Shown here in pieces: positions 1-7,877 of a stretch of 52,638 nucleotides of DNA. Origin of the DNA: Candidatus Pacearchaeota archaeon. Lineage in GTDB: Archaea > Nanobdellota > Nanobdellia > Pacearchaeales > GW2011-AR1. The notes beneath the pieces were generated by a model that had not been told where the DNA came from, searched no databases, and worked only from the letters and a program-made list of their open reading frames with translations. The DNA is taken from assembly GCA_017609405.1 (NCBI GenBank), contig JAFCDZ010000004.1:1-52638 (forward strand), read 5' to 3'. The position numbers were made by a program, and so were the translations under genes. Positions within the stretch are counted from its first letter, which is position 1, and each line of letters opens with the position of its first letter.

Positions 1-113
1 GCCTTTATTTAAGAGTTATAACAATTATTTCCTTTTGTAATGTTTAGCATCAAAACCAAAGAGAAATAAAATCATAACTTAAATTATTTAAAATAGGTTA
101 TTTTATACTATAT

Positions 114-353
114 ATGGATTTAAATGAGTTTAAAGAAAAATTAAAAAGATATAACTACCAAGATATTATAGTAACAGATCATGCTATCTTGCAAGCGTCG
201 GTAAGGGGTGTTGATTTGAGTGAAGTTAAAAAGAATATACTTAATCCTATAAGATTAGTTTATGTAAGAAAGCAGGATGCTAAAAAACCCAATGAAGAAA
301 AATATGATTGTTATTTTGCCTACTCAAAAATTTATATCATAGATACATCTTAG
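114..353 (+). CDS. DUF4258-like small protein, putative toxin of a TA-like pair
   Basis: 79-aa ORF. The segment IIVTDHAILQASVRGVDLSEVKKNI fits the His...Arg-Gly core I associate with DUF4258. It lies 72 nt upstream of a DUF2283-like ORF on the same strand. Confidence 0.5.
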   Translation: MDLNEFKEKLKRYNYQDIIVTDHAILQASVRGVDLSEVKKNILNPIRLVYVRKQDAKKPNEEKYDCYFAYSKIYIIDTS

Positions 354-425
354 TGATGAATAAAAAGATTATTATAGTAACAGTTATTAAAATAAATAGG
401 GATTGGCAAAAGGCAATAAGTTAAA

Positions 426-767
426 ATGGAAAAATTTAATTTTAATTATGACTATGAAAATGATGATCTGTTTATTTATTTAGAAGAGAAAAAATCAGAG
501 GGAGCAGTAGAATTAGGAAATTTTATTTTAGATTTTGATAATAAAGGTAATCTAGTAGCTATGCAAATCCTTAATGTTACAGAAGTTCTTTCAAAAATAC
601 TCTCAAAGGTTAAAGAGTTTTCAAAGATTAAAGAAATAGAAATGGAGATTATTAATTTTAGAAATATGGATGCTATTAAATTTTGCATTTCTGATGATAA
701 AACAAAAGAAAAAGCAGTTATATTAATTCCGCATATCAAAGAAAAAAGTCCAGTTTTATCTCATTAG
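426..767 (+). CDS. DUF2283-like small protein, putative antitoxin partner
   Basis: 113-aa ORF. FNYDYENDDLFIYL...GNLVAMQILNV matches the YD.e.D.lyi...G.ivgiEil pattern of DUF2283 (from memory). Confidence 0.55.
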   Translation: MEKFNFNYDYENDDLFIYLEEKKSEGAVELGNFILDFDNKGNLVAMQILNVTEVLSKILSKVKEFSKIKEIEMEIINFRNMDAIKFCISDDKTKEKAVILIPHIKEKSPVLSH

Positions 768-855
768 TTTGTTGAGAGATTTTTTTAACAGCGAGAGGTT
801 TTAGTCTTTTGAGAGAGAGTTTGCTTTACAGCAAATATTAATAAAACTAAGATAT

Positions 856-1206
856 TTAAATTAAAAAAGGAATGAAAATAGCAATTAATACAGAAAGAGA
901 ACCATAACCTAAAAATGCAATTTGATAAAATTTTGTTGGTAATCTTACATTAAACAAATAAGAAGGAATTGCTATAATTGATAATATGGTACCACCATTT
1001 AGATACCATTGAAACAATTCTGGTAATTTAGACCAGTCACTATAAAATATTTGCCATAATAAAAAGGCATTGGCTACTATGCCTAATCTTCCAATGTGTC
1101 CTTGTCTAAATTCTTTTATTCCAAATAAAATTAATAGAAATAACATACCATAAGATATTATTTTTGGGATGAATACCAAACTCTCAACCATAAACGCTAT
1201 AGTCAT
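856..1206 (-). CDS. small multi-pass membrane protein
   Basis: 116-aa ORF with 3-4 hydrophobic segments. It is the last gene of a tightly packed minus-strand operon, 4 nt from the upstream gene. Confidence 0.6.
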   Translation of the reverse strand: MTIAFMVESLVFIPKIISYGMLFLLILFGIKEFRQGHIGRLGIVANAFLLWQIFYSDWSKLPELFQWYLNGGTILSIIAIPSYLFNVRLPTKFYQIAFLGYGSLSVLIAIFIPFLI

Positions 1207-1210
1207 TTGA

Positions 1211-1471
1211 TTACCTCAATTTTTTTCTTTTGAATATAACCTCCGCAACTGTTCTACCATATGATTTTCCTTTTGGTCTTAGAGTCACTACCTGCCCCTT
1301 TAGTTTTGCTAATCTCTTTTTTGCTTGCATATACCCTCTTTGCCCTTTTTCAGGAGCATTTAGACCGGCTACTCTTATATATTGAGATCCCATAACTCTT
1401 CTTCTAATTACAAAAGTATCCCCATCTATTATTTTTTGCACTTTTCTTCTAATTGATTTCATTTTTATCAC
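1211..1471 (-). CDS. short staphylococcal-nuclease (SNase/thermonuclease)-like protein
   Basis: 86 aa. It shows DGDTF...IRVAGLNAPE...YGRTVAEV, the characteristic SNase OB-fold motif order, but is much shorter than canonical SNase. It overlaps the upstream gene by 4 nt. Confidence 0.55.
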   Translation of the reverse strand: MIKMKSIRRKVQKIIDGDTFVIRRRVMGSQYIRVAGLNAPEKGQRGYMQAKKRLAKLKGQVVTLRPKGKSYGRTVAEVIFKRKKLR

Positions 1472-1803
1472 CCATTACAAGTTGGATTATACTCAGAGAT
1501 TAGTTGTTGTTCTACTTTTGTTCTATCTTCTTGAGTTGATTCTGGCATTTTATGAATACCAATAAATAAGTTTGATTCGCTTCCTGCAATTCTAACCCAA
1601 CAATTATAAGCATGATGTGATTTATAAAAACCTCTTTCCGATAGATTGCTAGATTCTCCAACATAGATTAATCGATAATATCCTTCCTTTTTCCCCTTGA
1701 CCATTATTACATAAACCGCAGATCTAAAAGGAGGGTCCCATTTTGTAATCTCAAACGGCCCTTCAAAAGATATTTTCTTTGATTTGCCCAATACAATTGT
1801 CAC
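1468..1803 (-). CDS. GIY-YIG-like nuclease domain protein
   Basis: 111 aa. AVYVIM...YRLIYVGESSNLSER...H...E..YNP resembles the GIY / YIG / Arg / Glu-Asn motif order. It has 4-nt overlaps on both sides. Confidence 0.5.
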   Translation of the reverse strand: MTIVLGKSKKISFEGPFEITKWDPPFRSAVYVIMVKGKKEGYYRLIYVGESSNLSERGFYKSHHAYNCWVRIAGSESNLFIGIHKMPESTQEDRTKVEQQLISEYNPTCNG

Positions 1804-2243
1804 GATTTAGCACCTCCGTAGTTTTGTATATTTTTTTGAACTATATCTAAAAATGACATTATGTCTTTTATTTTATCTTTAGTTATCATAATCTCACCAA
1901 AAGTTTCCCATCTATCTTCCTTCTTCTTTGCTTCTTTTATGCGGATAAATGGTTCGCCAAAAGGAGAAACAAAAGTATCCAAGAACAATATATGGTTGCT
2001 ATTTAACCATACTTTTTTTTGCCATTGTCCATTTCCATTAAAGAAATAAATTATAGAATTACCTAGTCTCTCTCCATGCACCCTTCCGATCGACTCTAAA
2101 TAATAAAGATGTTTTTTAACGGTGGCCCATGAAAGCTTGGTTCCTTCAGATATTTGGTTTATTGAAGCTTTCTTATTTTTTGCTAGGAAAACTTCTATCT
2201 TTTTTCTTTCCGTATTTTCATCAATTTTTGATATATCTACCAT
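1800..2243 (-). CDS. winged-helix DNA-binding protein
   Basis: 147 aa. The N-terminal INQISEGTKLSWATVKKHLYYLESIGRV is a typical wHTH recognition region. It is the first gene of the 2243->856 operon. Confidence 0.55.
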   Translation of the reverse strand: MVDISKIDENTERKKIEVFLAKNKKASINQISEGTKLSWATVKKHLYYLESIGRVHGERLGNSIIYFFNGNGQWQKKVWLNSNHILFLDTFVSPFGEPFIRIKEAKKKEDRWETFGEIMITKDKIKDIMSFLDIVQKNIQNYGGAKS

Positions 2244-2314
2244 AACAAATATTATAAAATTAAAGTTTAAATATTTTTCGTTTTTTTTAAGAATATTCTC
2301 AAGAAATATGAGAA

Positions 2315-2797
2315 TTAAATTTTAGGTATTAAACTAGCATAATCTATTGATTTTCTCCTTTTGTCCCATTTAGCAATTTGCATAAATTTGTTGCTCTTTA
2401 TTCCATACTTCAATAAATCCTCTCTTCTTAAAATATTAAACAAATGGGACAATCTACCTAAACCTTTAGAAGAAATCAAAAAAGATTCAACAGGATTTAA
2501 TAATTGAGTATAGCCCCAAAGTTGACCTAGATCCTTTAGTGTTAATTTTTTATCTTTTACTTCTACAAAAACAAGTTTAAAGTCTTTTCCTTTCCTTAGA
2601 ATCCCAACAATGTCTACTTTAATGTTTAAGCCAATTGCTTCTTTACATTCTATACCTTTACTTTTGAGAACAACATCTAAATTTCTTCTTGATGTCTCAT
2701 AAGTTGTTTCAATAGTATAACCTCTATATTTATCATTAAGATAATTTTGTAGCCATTCTTTTATTTCAGGATACAGTTTTTCTTCTTCCTTACTCAT
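2315..2797 (-). CDS. PD-(D/E)xK-like nuclease candidate (possible restriction subunit)
   Basis: 160 aa. VDIVG...(13 aa)...FVEVK fits the D-x(n)-E-x-K spacing. It is the last gene of the methyltransferase operon and overlaps the upstream gene by 8 nt. Confidence 0.4.
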   Translation of the reverse strand: MSKEEEKLYPEIKEWLQNYLNDKYRGYTIETTYETSRRNLDVVLKSKGIECKEAIGLNIKVDIVGILRKGKDFKLVFVEVKDKKLTLKDLGQLWGYTQLLNPVESFLISSKGLGRLSHLFNILRREDLLKYGIKSNKFMQIAKWDKRRKSIDYASLIPKI

Positions 2798-3707
2798 GGT
2801 AACCTAACTTTTTTGCTATTTCTTTCCAACTATCAAAATGTTTTCCTCTTATTTTAGGATGTATTGAAGGATGATTTTCATCTGGATGTTTTTGTTTTTT
2901 CTTTGTTAAGTCTCTTGTTTCCCAATAATATTTATGATGGGCTTCTGAAATTGGTTTTCCTTTATATTTTTTGGATTTTGATGCATATTTTTCCCAATTT
3001 TTTCTATTCAAATCAGCAAACTTTTTCAGAAGTTTATTTTTGTGTTCAACATTAAATCCTATTTTCTCAAATTCTTCAGCCCATATTTTTATTTGATGTT
3101 CCTTGTAATTTCTCATTCCCCCCTTATAGAATTTTAAAGTAGGATCAACAATGTTTGGGTGAGCAAATCGTATTGTATGGATAGGAACATCTAAATCTTT
3201 TAATAGATTGGCAATATCAATGCAAAGATCCCAATTAGTCATAATCTCTATATAAACTCTATTTTCAAAATCTTTCCAAGCCACATTACTTTTTCTTATA
3301 TGAGCAGTAACATCGGCGATTCCTCTAAGAAATTCTATTTTAACATCTCTGGGTGCACTGAATATTTCTTTAGGTATCCTAAAATCTCTCCAGCTAATTT
3401 TATTTTTAAGATACGCATTTATTGTTCTTATTAGGTAATCTCCGTTAGGTTTTGAGAAAGATATGTGAGCAATATTTGGTTTTGAGGTGTCCCAATTCAT
3501 ATCTACCCCGACGAGTGGTTTTAACCTTCCAACAATATCTAACAAACTAGCTTTTATTGATTGTTGGGTATTCTCACCTTCAATTACCAAATTTTTATGA
3601 GGAATGTCTATTATTATCTCTGTTTCTTTATTACCTCTAATAATTTGTCCTTTCCCTACAATCATTCCAAGCAAATAAGCTATATCGGGATTTAACATTT
3701 TTATCAC
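2790..3707 (-). CDS. protein with two LAGLIDADG-like helices (candidate nuclease / restriction subunit)
   Basis: 305 aa. DIAYLLGMIVGKG near the N-terminus and IEFLRGIADVTAHI about 120 aa later resemble the two motif helices of a monomeric LAGLIDADG fold. It overlaps the methyltransferase gene by 4 nt. Confidence 0.35.
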   Translation of the reverse strand: MIKMLNPDIAYLLGMIVGKGQIIRGNKETEIIIDIPHKNLVIEGENTQQSIKASLLDIVGRLKPLVGVDMNWDTSKPNIAHISFSKPNGDYLIRTINAYLKNKISWRDFRIPKEIFSAPRDVKIEFLRGIADVTAHIRKSNVAWKDFENRVYIEIMTNWDLCIDIANLLKDLDVPIHTIRFAHPNIVDPTLKFYKGGMRNYKEHQIKIWAEEFEKIGFNVEHKNKLLKKFADLNRKNWEKYASKSKKYKGKPISEAHHKYYWETRDLTKKKQKHPDENHPSIHPKIRGKHFDSWKEIAKKLGYHE

Positions 3708-4513
3708 TTTTTGAATATAAGTATGTACTCATGTATTTTATTTACTCTAAATACAAACGGATAGCCTAATGGCCTCATATTATTATATTCTTTTTGCCTA
3801 TCCCATATTATTATATCGTCAAGCTCAAATCCTATTTCCTTCATCTTATTTACAATGTCCATATGAAATGGATAAAATTTAGATTTTTTGCGGATGTCCA
3901 TAACTACAATAATACAATACTTACCTTTCTTTAATACTTTGTAAACTCCAACAAATGCTTCCTTTAATTTTTCTAAAAATTTATCGTAGTCATGTATATT
4001 TCCTAAATCTTCTTCAGAATCGCTATACTTTCTAATCTGTTTTCTATCAGCAGAACGTACTTGTGTAAGTATATCCCAATATGGTGGAGAAGTTATTACT
4101 AAATCAACAGAATTTTCTGGTAATATTTTGGGTAATTCAAACACAGTTTTGTTATATATTTCTGGTTTAATTAAATCCTCTTTTGATTGATTTAAACTTA
4201 ATTGAACATTTCTTATTCTGTCTTTTGTTAATTTTACATATTCCTCCGATAATTCAAAACCAATTCCTTTCTTTCCCAGTTGATATGCTGACACTACTGT
4301 GCTGCCACTTCCTAAAAAAGGATCCAAAATGACTTCGCCTTTGTCTTTTGTAAAAATTTTAATGAGTCTAGAAGTTAATTTGGTAGGAAACATTGCAGGA
4401 TGTTTAAGTTTTCTTTCCTCACTTGTTTTTTCAATATCCCTCCAAATACTAAAAGAGTATTGTAACCACGTTTTTCCATCTAAATTGTTCATCCTTTTTT
4501 TCATTCTCACCAT
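3704..4513 (-). CDS. DNA methyltransferase, N4-cytosine/N6-adenine family (SPPY), motif order I then IV
   Basis: 269 aa. HPAMFP...ILDPFLGSGSTV (AdoMet motif I block) precedes DLVITSPPYWD (catalytic motif IV). Confidence 0.85.
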   Translation of the reverse strand: MVRMKKRMNNLDGKTWLQYSFSIWRDIEKTSEERKLKHPAMFPTKLTSRLIKIFTKDKGEVILDPFLGSGSTVVSAYQLGKKGIGFELSEEYVKLTKDRIRNVQLSLNQSKEDLIKPEIYNKTVFELPKILPENSVDLVITSPPYWDILTQVRSADRKQIRKYSDSEEDLGNIHDYDKFLEKLKEAFVGVYKVLKKGKYCIIVVMDIRKKSKFYPFHMDIVNKMKEIGFELDDIIIWDRQKEYNNMRPLGYPFVFRVNKIHEYILIFKK

Positions 4514-6207
4514 AAACTTTTTTCTGACATCAGTTTTTTTAATGAATCTTCAATGATCCTTCTTTCAGATTTGCTAATATCATATAGCTTATAAACATAA
4601 TTATCTAGTTCTCTAAGAAGTTTTTTCTTATCTCTTATTCTTTCTAATTTTTCAACAATCTTAATTACATTTTTTTGTTTCTTTTTATCAACCAATTTAA
4701 TAGGTATTTTACCAAGATATACATTATCGGTATGCATTGTTAATTTTGATTTGTTGTAAATTGCATACATTAAATAGAAATTGATAAGTTTAGAATTCAA
4801 TAATCCAAGAAGATATTTTATATCTATTGTTTTATTATGTACGACTATATTTGTTATGGTATCAAAAGTTAAACATCCTTCTTTATCAATAGCTGATATT
4901 ATTCCCGCTTCACTTGAAAAAATATTTTGTAAAATTATCTTTTCGTTTTTAATTAGCTCTAATTTTGGTGTGTTATTAACTGCTTTGTTTATGTCTATGT
5001 AGTATGTAATAGAATAAGAAAATTTAGAAATGTTATTTCCTTTAATTATTGGTTTATTATTCTTACTTTTTGTTTTGGAGATTAAAGAAGAATTTGGACT
5101 TATGGTAATCCCCCTAAATATCTCTGCCAGATTTTCTAACGGTTTTCCAGAATTATTTATTTTTTCTATTAATTCATAATGTGCCTTTTCCTCAAACATT
5201 AAGAAATTATTATATTTCTTGAATATTTCTTGTGGTACTAAAAATACTTTTTGTTCTTCTAAGGGTTTTTCTTTTTTTTCAAAAACTTTAATTAAAACTT
5301 TATGATTCTTTAATTCATTTTTGTTTCTTGTTTTTTTAATAAACAAAATAATCTGTTCCCCCCTTACCCCCTTAAAACATGAACCAAGATCATAAATATG
5401 CAATATTTTTGAATTCTCAAGTAAAAAAGCCCTTAATCTGGAATAAGAATTAACTCTCAATAATGTCTTTGGCAAAACAAAAGCCATTATTCCCCCATCC
5501 TTTAATAACTCAAAAGATTTAGCAATAACTAACGATGCCGCGTTTGTGCTTCCATTAGCAATTTTGGAGTATATAGATTCGTTTATGTCATAGTCCCGAC
5601 CATTTTTTAATGTTACATATGGCGGATTTCCAATTATAAAGTCAAATCCTCCATCTTTTAGAATCTCTGAAAACTCTTTTTCCCAATCGAATGCTTTATT
5701 ATCTATTTTTTTATTTCCAACAATAGAATTACCCGTTCTTATGTTCTTCTCTAGAATTCTTAAAGATTCTGTATTTTGTCCATTCCTTAACCAGAGATTA
5801 ATTCTGGTTATCTTTGTAGCAGAGTCATTTAAATCTACACCATAAATATTATTTAATGCGTTTTTGTTCAATCTCTTTAAGAAATTATACGCATTTACTA
5901 AGAAAACCCCACATCCACAAGTAGGATCCAAAATTTTGGAATCTGGTTTTATATTAAGATAATTAATCATATAATTGACAATTTCTTGAGGGGTGTAAAA
6001 TTGTCCTAAATTTTTTCGTTCTTCTTCCTTGATTAATCTTTCAAAAAGAGCCCCCAATGTATCTTCTTGGATGTTTAATAATTTCTGTTCTTTAATTTTG
6101 AGAATAACATTTTGTACAATCTCATCTTCGTATGGCATAGATTCTAATGTTGCTTCATCTATTCTAAGTACATCATCCTTCTTTTTTTGTAGTAAAATGG
6201 TTTCCAT
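4507..6207 (-). CDS. gamma-class N6-adenine DNA methyltransferase (Eco57I/TaqI-like) with C-terminal target-recognition region
   Basis: 566 aa. It shows GQFYTP, ILDPTCGCGVFL (motif I) and FIIGNPPYV (motif IV), followed by a long C-terminal region. Confidence 0.85.
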   Translation of the reverse strand: METILLQKKKDDVLRIDEATLESMPYEDEIVQNVILKIKEQKLLNIQEDTLGALFERLIKEEERKNLGQFYTPQEIVNYMINYLNIKPDSKILDPTCGCGVFLVNAYNFLKRLNKNALNNIYGVDLNDSATKITRINLWLRNGQNTESLRILEKNIRTGNSIVGNKKIDNKAFDWEKEFSEILKDGGFDFIIGNPPYVTLKNGRDYDINESIYSKIANGSTNAASLVIAKSFELLKDGGIMAFVLPKTLLRVNSYSRLRAFLLENSKILHIYDLGSCFKGVRGEQIILFIKKTRNKNELKNHKVLIKVFEKKEKPLEEQKVFLVPQEIFKKYNNFLMFEEKAHYELIEKINNSGKPLENLAEIFRGITISPNSSLISKTKSKNNKPIIKGNNISKFSYSITYYIDINKAVNNTPKLELIKNEKIILQNIFSSEAGIISAIDKEGCLTFDTITNIVVHNKTIDIKYLLGLLNSKLINFYLMYAIYNKSKLTMHTDNVYLGKIPIKLVDKKKQKNVIKIVEKLERIRDKKKLLRELDNYVYKLYDISKSERRIIEDSLKKLMSEKSLW

Positions 6208-6350
6208 TATTTGTCCTCTTTTTTGAGTTTTTTCTCCATAAAGTTTTCAAACTGTTTAGAGATGACCCCACCTTTTTTATCACAATACTCCTTAAATCTG
6301 TCATAAATTTCAGAATCAACAAACAAAGTAACCCTCTTTTTAGCCACCAT
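6207..6350 (-). CDS. ribbon-helix-helix (CopG-like) small regulator
   Basis: Not in the ORF track because it is only 47 aa: MVAKKRVTLFVDSEIYDRFKEYCDKKGGVISKQFENFMEKKLKKEDK. It has the beta-strand/helix/helix pattern. Its TAA shares 1 nt with the ATG of the methyltransferase (TAATG). Confidence 0.55.
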   Translation of the reverse strand: MVAKKRVTLFVDSEIYDRFKEYCDKKGGVISKQFENFMEKKLKKEDK

Positions 6351-6540
6351 TACTCCTTTTATTTAATTTTATGTAATATTATTTACTTCTTTCTTTATAA
6401 ATTTTATGAACAATTTTACAGTGGCGGTGGAAACGATTTTCTTTTTATAAATTTTCCACTCTTAGTCCTTTAGGAACCTTTCCTTCCGTAATAGCCCATC
6501 TATTAAACCCCCCCTCTTCTAATATCTCTCACCATAAACA

Positions 6541-6981
6541 TCAAAACTTCCCTTTCTTATACCTATATCTCCTATATCCTTTGTTATCAAGCTCTTCATT
6601 TAATAATTCATCTACAATTTGCTGATATTTATCCCATCTGGAGACATGAATGAATTTTACTTTTTTGAAGTTTTCAATTAGTTTCTGAACTTTTATAAAG
6701 AGAGGGAGAAGATTTTGATTTCTGACTCTATACTCTCCTAAAAGTTGTTTGACTACTAATTCAGAATCAAGAAAACAAGTTACTTCTTCTTTTGTAAATT
6801 TTGATGCAAGCTCAAGGGCTTTTATAAGAGCTTCATATTCTGCAATATTGTTTGTAACTCTTTCTCCAATAAATCCAGAATATTTTGTTAAAATATTCCC
6901 GTCTTTTCTTACAATTACTCCAATTGCTCCTGGCCCAGGATTTCCTCTCGCACCCCCGTCAGAATTTGTGTATATCATCAT
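6541..6981 (-). CDS. rnhA: ribonuclease HI (type 1 RNase H)
   Basis: 146 aa. DGGARGNPGPGAIG, NNIAEYEALIKALE and DSELVVKQ are the RNase HI acidic-residue motifs. Confidence 0.85.
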   Translation of the reverse strand: MMIYTNSDGGARGNPGPGAIGVIVRKDGNILTKYSGFIGERVTNNIAEYEALIKALELASKFTKEEVTCFLDSELVVKQLLGEYRVRNQNLLPLFIKVQKLIENFKKVKFIHVSRWDKYQQIVDELLNEELDNKGYRRYRYKKGKF

Positions 6982-7781
6982 AAGTTATCTAAAGGAGATT
7001 TAATATTCTTTATTGAAGCTTGTGAAATATGTGTATATATTTGAGTTGTTTTTATATTAGAATGTCCGAGTAACTTTTGAATAATTCTCAAATCAGTTCC
7101 AGATTCAAGGAGGTGTGTTGCAAATGAATGTCTGAGCAAATGTGGATAAACACGCTTTTTAATTCCCGCCTTTTTTGCAGAGTTCTGAATTATCTGGGCA
7201 ATTGTCTTTTTGGTTAGTTTTCCTTTGCGGTTAGATTCAAATAAAATTTTTGAATTTGAAAGTTTACAATAGCTCTTTAATTCTTCTCGTATAGATTCAG
7301 GAATATTGACAAATCTATCTTTTCTTCCTTTTCCTAAATTAATCTTGATTAAATTTTCTTCAAAATTAATGTCTCCTTTTTTAAGATTGGTTATTTCAGA
7401 AACTCTTAAACCACAACCATAGAGTAATTTTATTATTAGTCTATGTTTAATATTTGAAGTTGAATTTACCATTTTTTTAATTTCCTTGGATGTTAAAATT
7501 TCTGGTAAAGTTTTACTTTGTTTAGGGTTTGGGATATTGAGTTCTTGATGTAAAATTTCCCTAAAAAAATATTTAATAGCAAAAACCATAGTTCTTACAG
7601 AAGAAGCTTCTTTATTTTTTAAAGATTTGAGAATAAATCTTTTTGCACTTTCTGAATTGATACCTTTTTTGCTTGCAAATTCAAGAAAGTTCTTAACATA
7701 AAGCAAATAATTTTTAATAGTTTCTTTAGAATAATTCTTTAATTCAAGATTTTCTTGTAATTCCCTTAATAATTCTTGCAT
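6978..7781 (-). CDS. xerA: tyrosine recombinase, XerA/XerC/XerD-like
   Basis: 267 aa. It has an N-terminal SAM-like core-binding domain, then GLRVSE (Arg), HLLRHSFATHL (His-x-x-Arg), LLGHS and TQIYTH (catalytic Tyr). It overlaps rnhA by 4 nt. Confidence 0.9.
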   Translation of the reverse strand: MQELLRELQENLELKNYSKETIKNYLLYVKNFLEFASKKGINSESAKRFILKSLKNKEASSVRTMVFAIKYFFREILHQELNIPNPKQSKTLPEILTSKEIKKMVNSTSNIKHRLIIKLLYGCGLRVSEITNLKKGDINFEENLIKINLGKGRKDRFVNIPESIREELKSYCKLSNSKILFESNRKGKLTKKTIAQIIQNSAKKAGIKKRVYPHLLRHSFATHLLESGTDLRIIQKLLGHSNIKTTQIYTHISQASIKNIKSPLDNL

Positions 7782-7809
7782 AATTCTATTTATATTTGTA
7801 ATTTATAAA

Positions 7810-7870
7810 GGTTACTATACCTCCACTTTAAGACTAAATAGAAACCAAAATCTCACAATAGTTTATGTTA
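7810..7870 (+). repeat. 61-bp direct repeat, copy 1 (partner at 17409..17469)
   Basis: GGTTACTATACCTCCACTTTAAGACTAAATAGAAACCAAAATCTCACAATAGTTTATGTTA. It is 60/61 identical to copy 2, with the single mismatch at 7831 vs 17430. It starts 29 nt upstream of the xer ATG, and identity stops exactly after GTTA. Confidence 0.95.
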
Positions 7871-7877
7871 TATTCAA

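Noticed and set aside
6541-7781. RNase H next to a recombinase as part of a retroelement or diversity-generating retroelement.
   Set aside because: No reverse transcriptase ORF, no template/variable repeat pair and no msd-like structure were found anywhere in the window. The RNase H is a plain cellular type 1 enzyme.
7821-7850. A solitary CRISPR repeat. The core TCCACTTTAAGACTAAATAGAAACCAAAA resembles, from memory, the Thermococcales-type repeat GTTCCAATAAGACTAAAATAGAATTGAAAG. The E-repeat ends GTTTCAAT / GTTGCAAT also look like CRISPR repeat starts.
   Set aside because: There are only two copies, 9.6 kb apart, with no repeat-spacer periodicity anywhere in the window and no cas genes. The identity extends over 61 bp rather than about 30 bp. 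The resemblance should be checked by alignment, but this is not an array.
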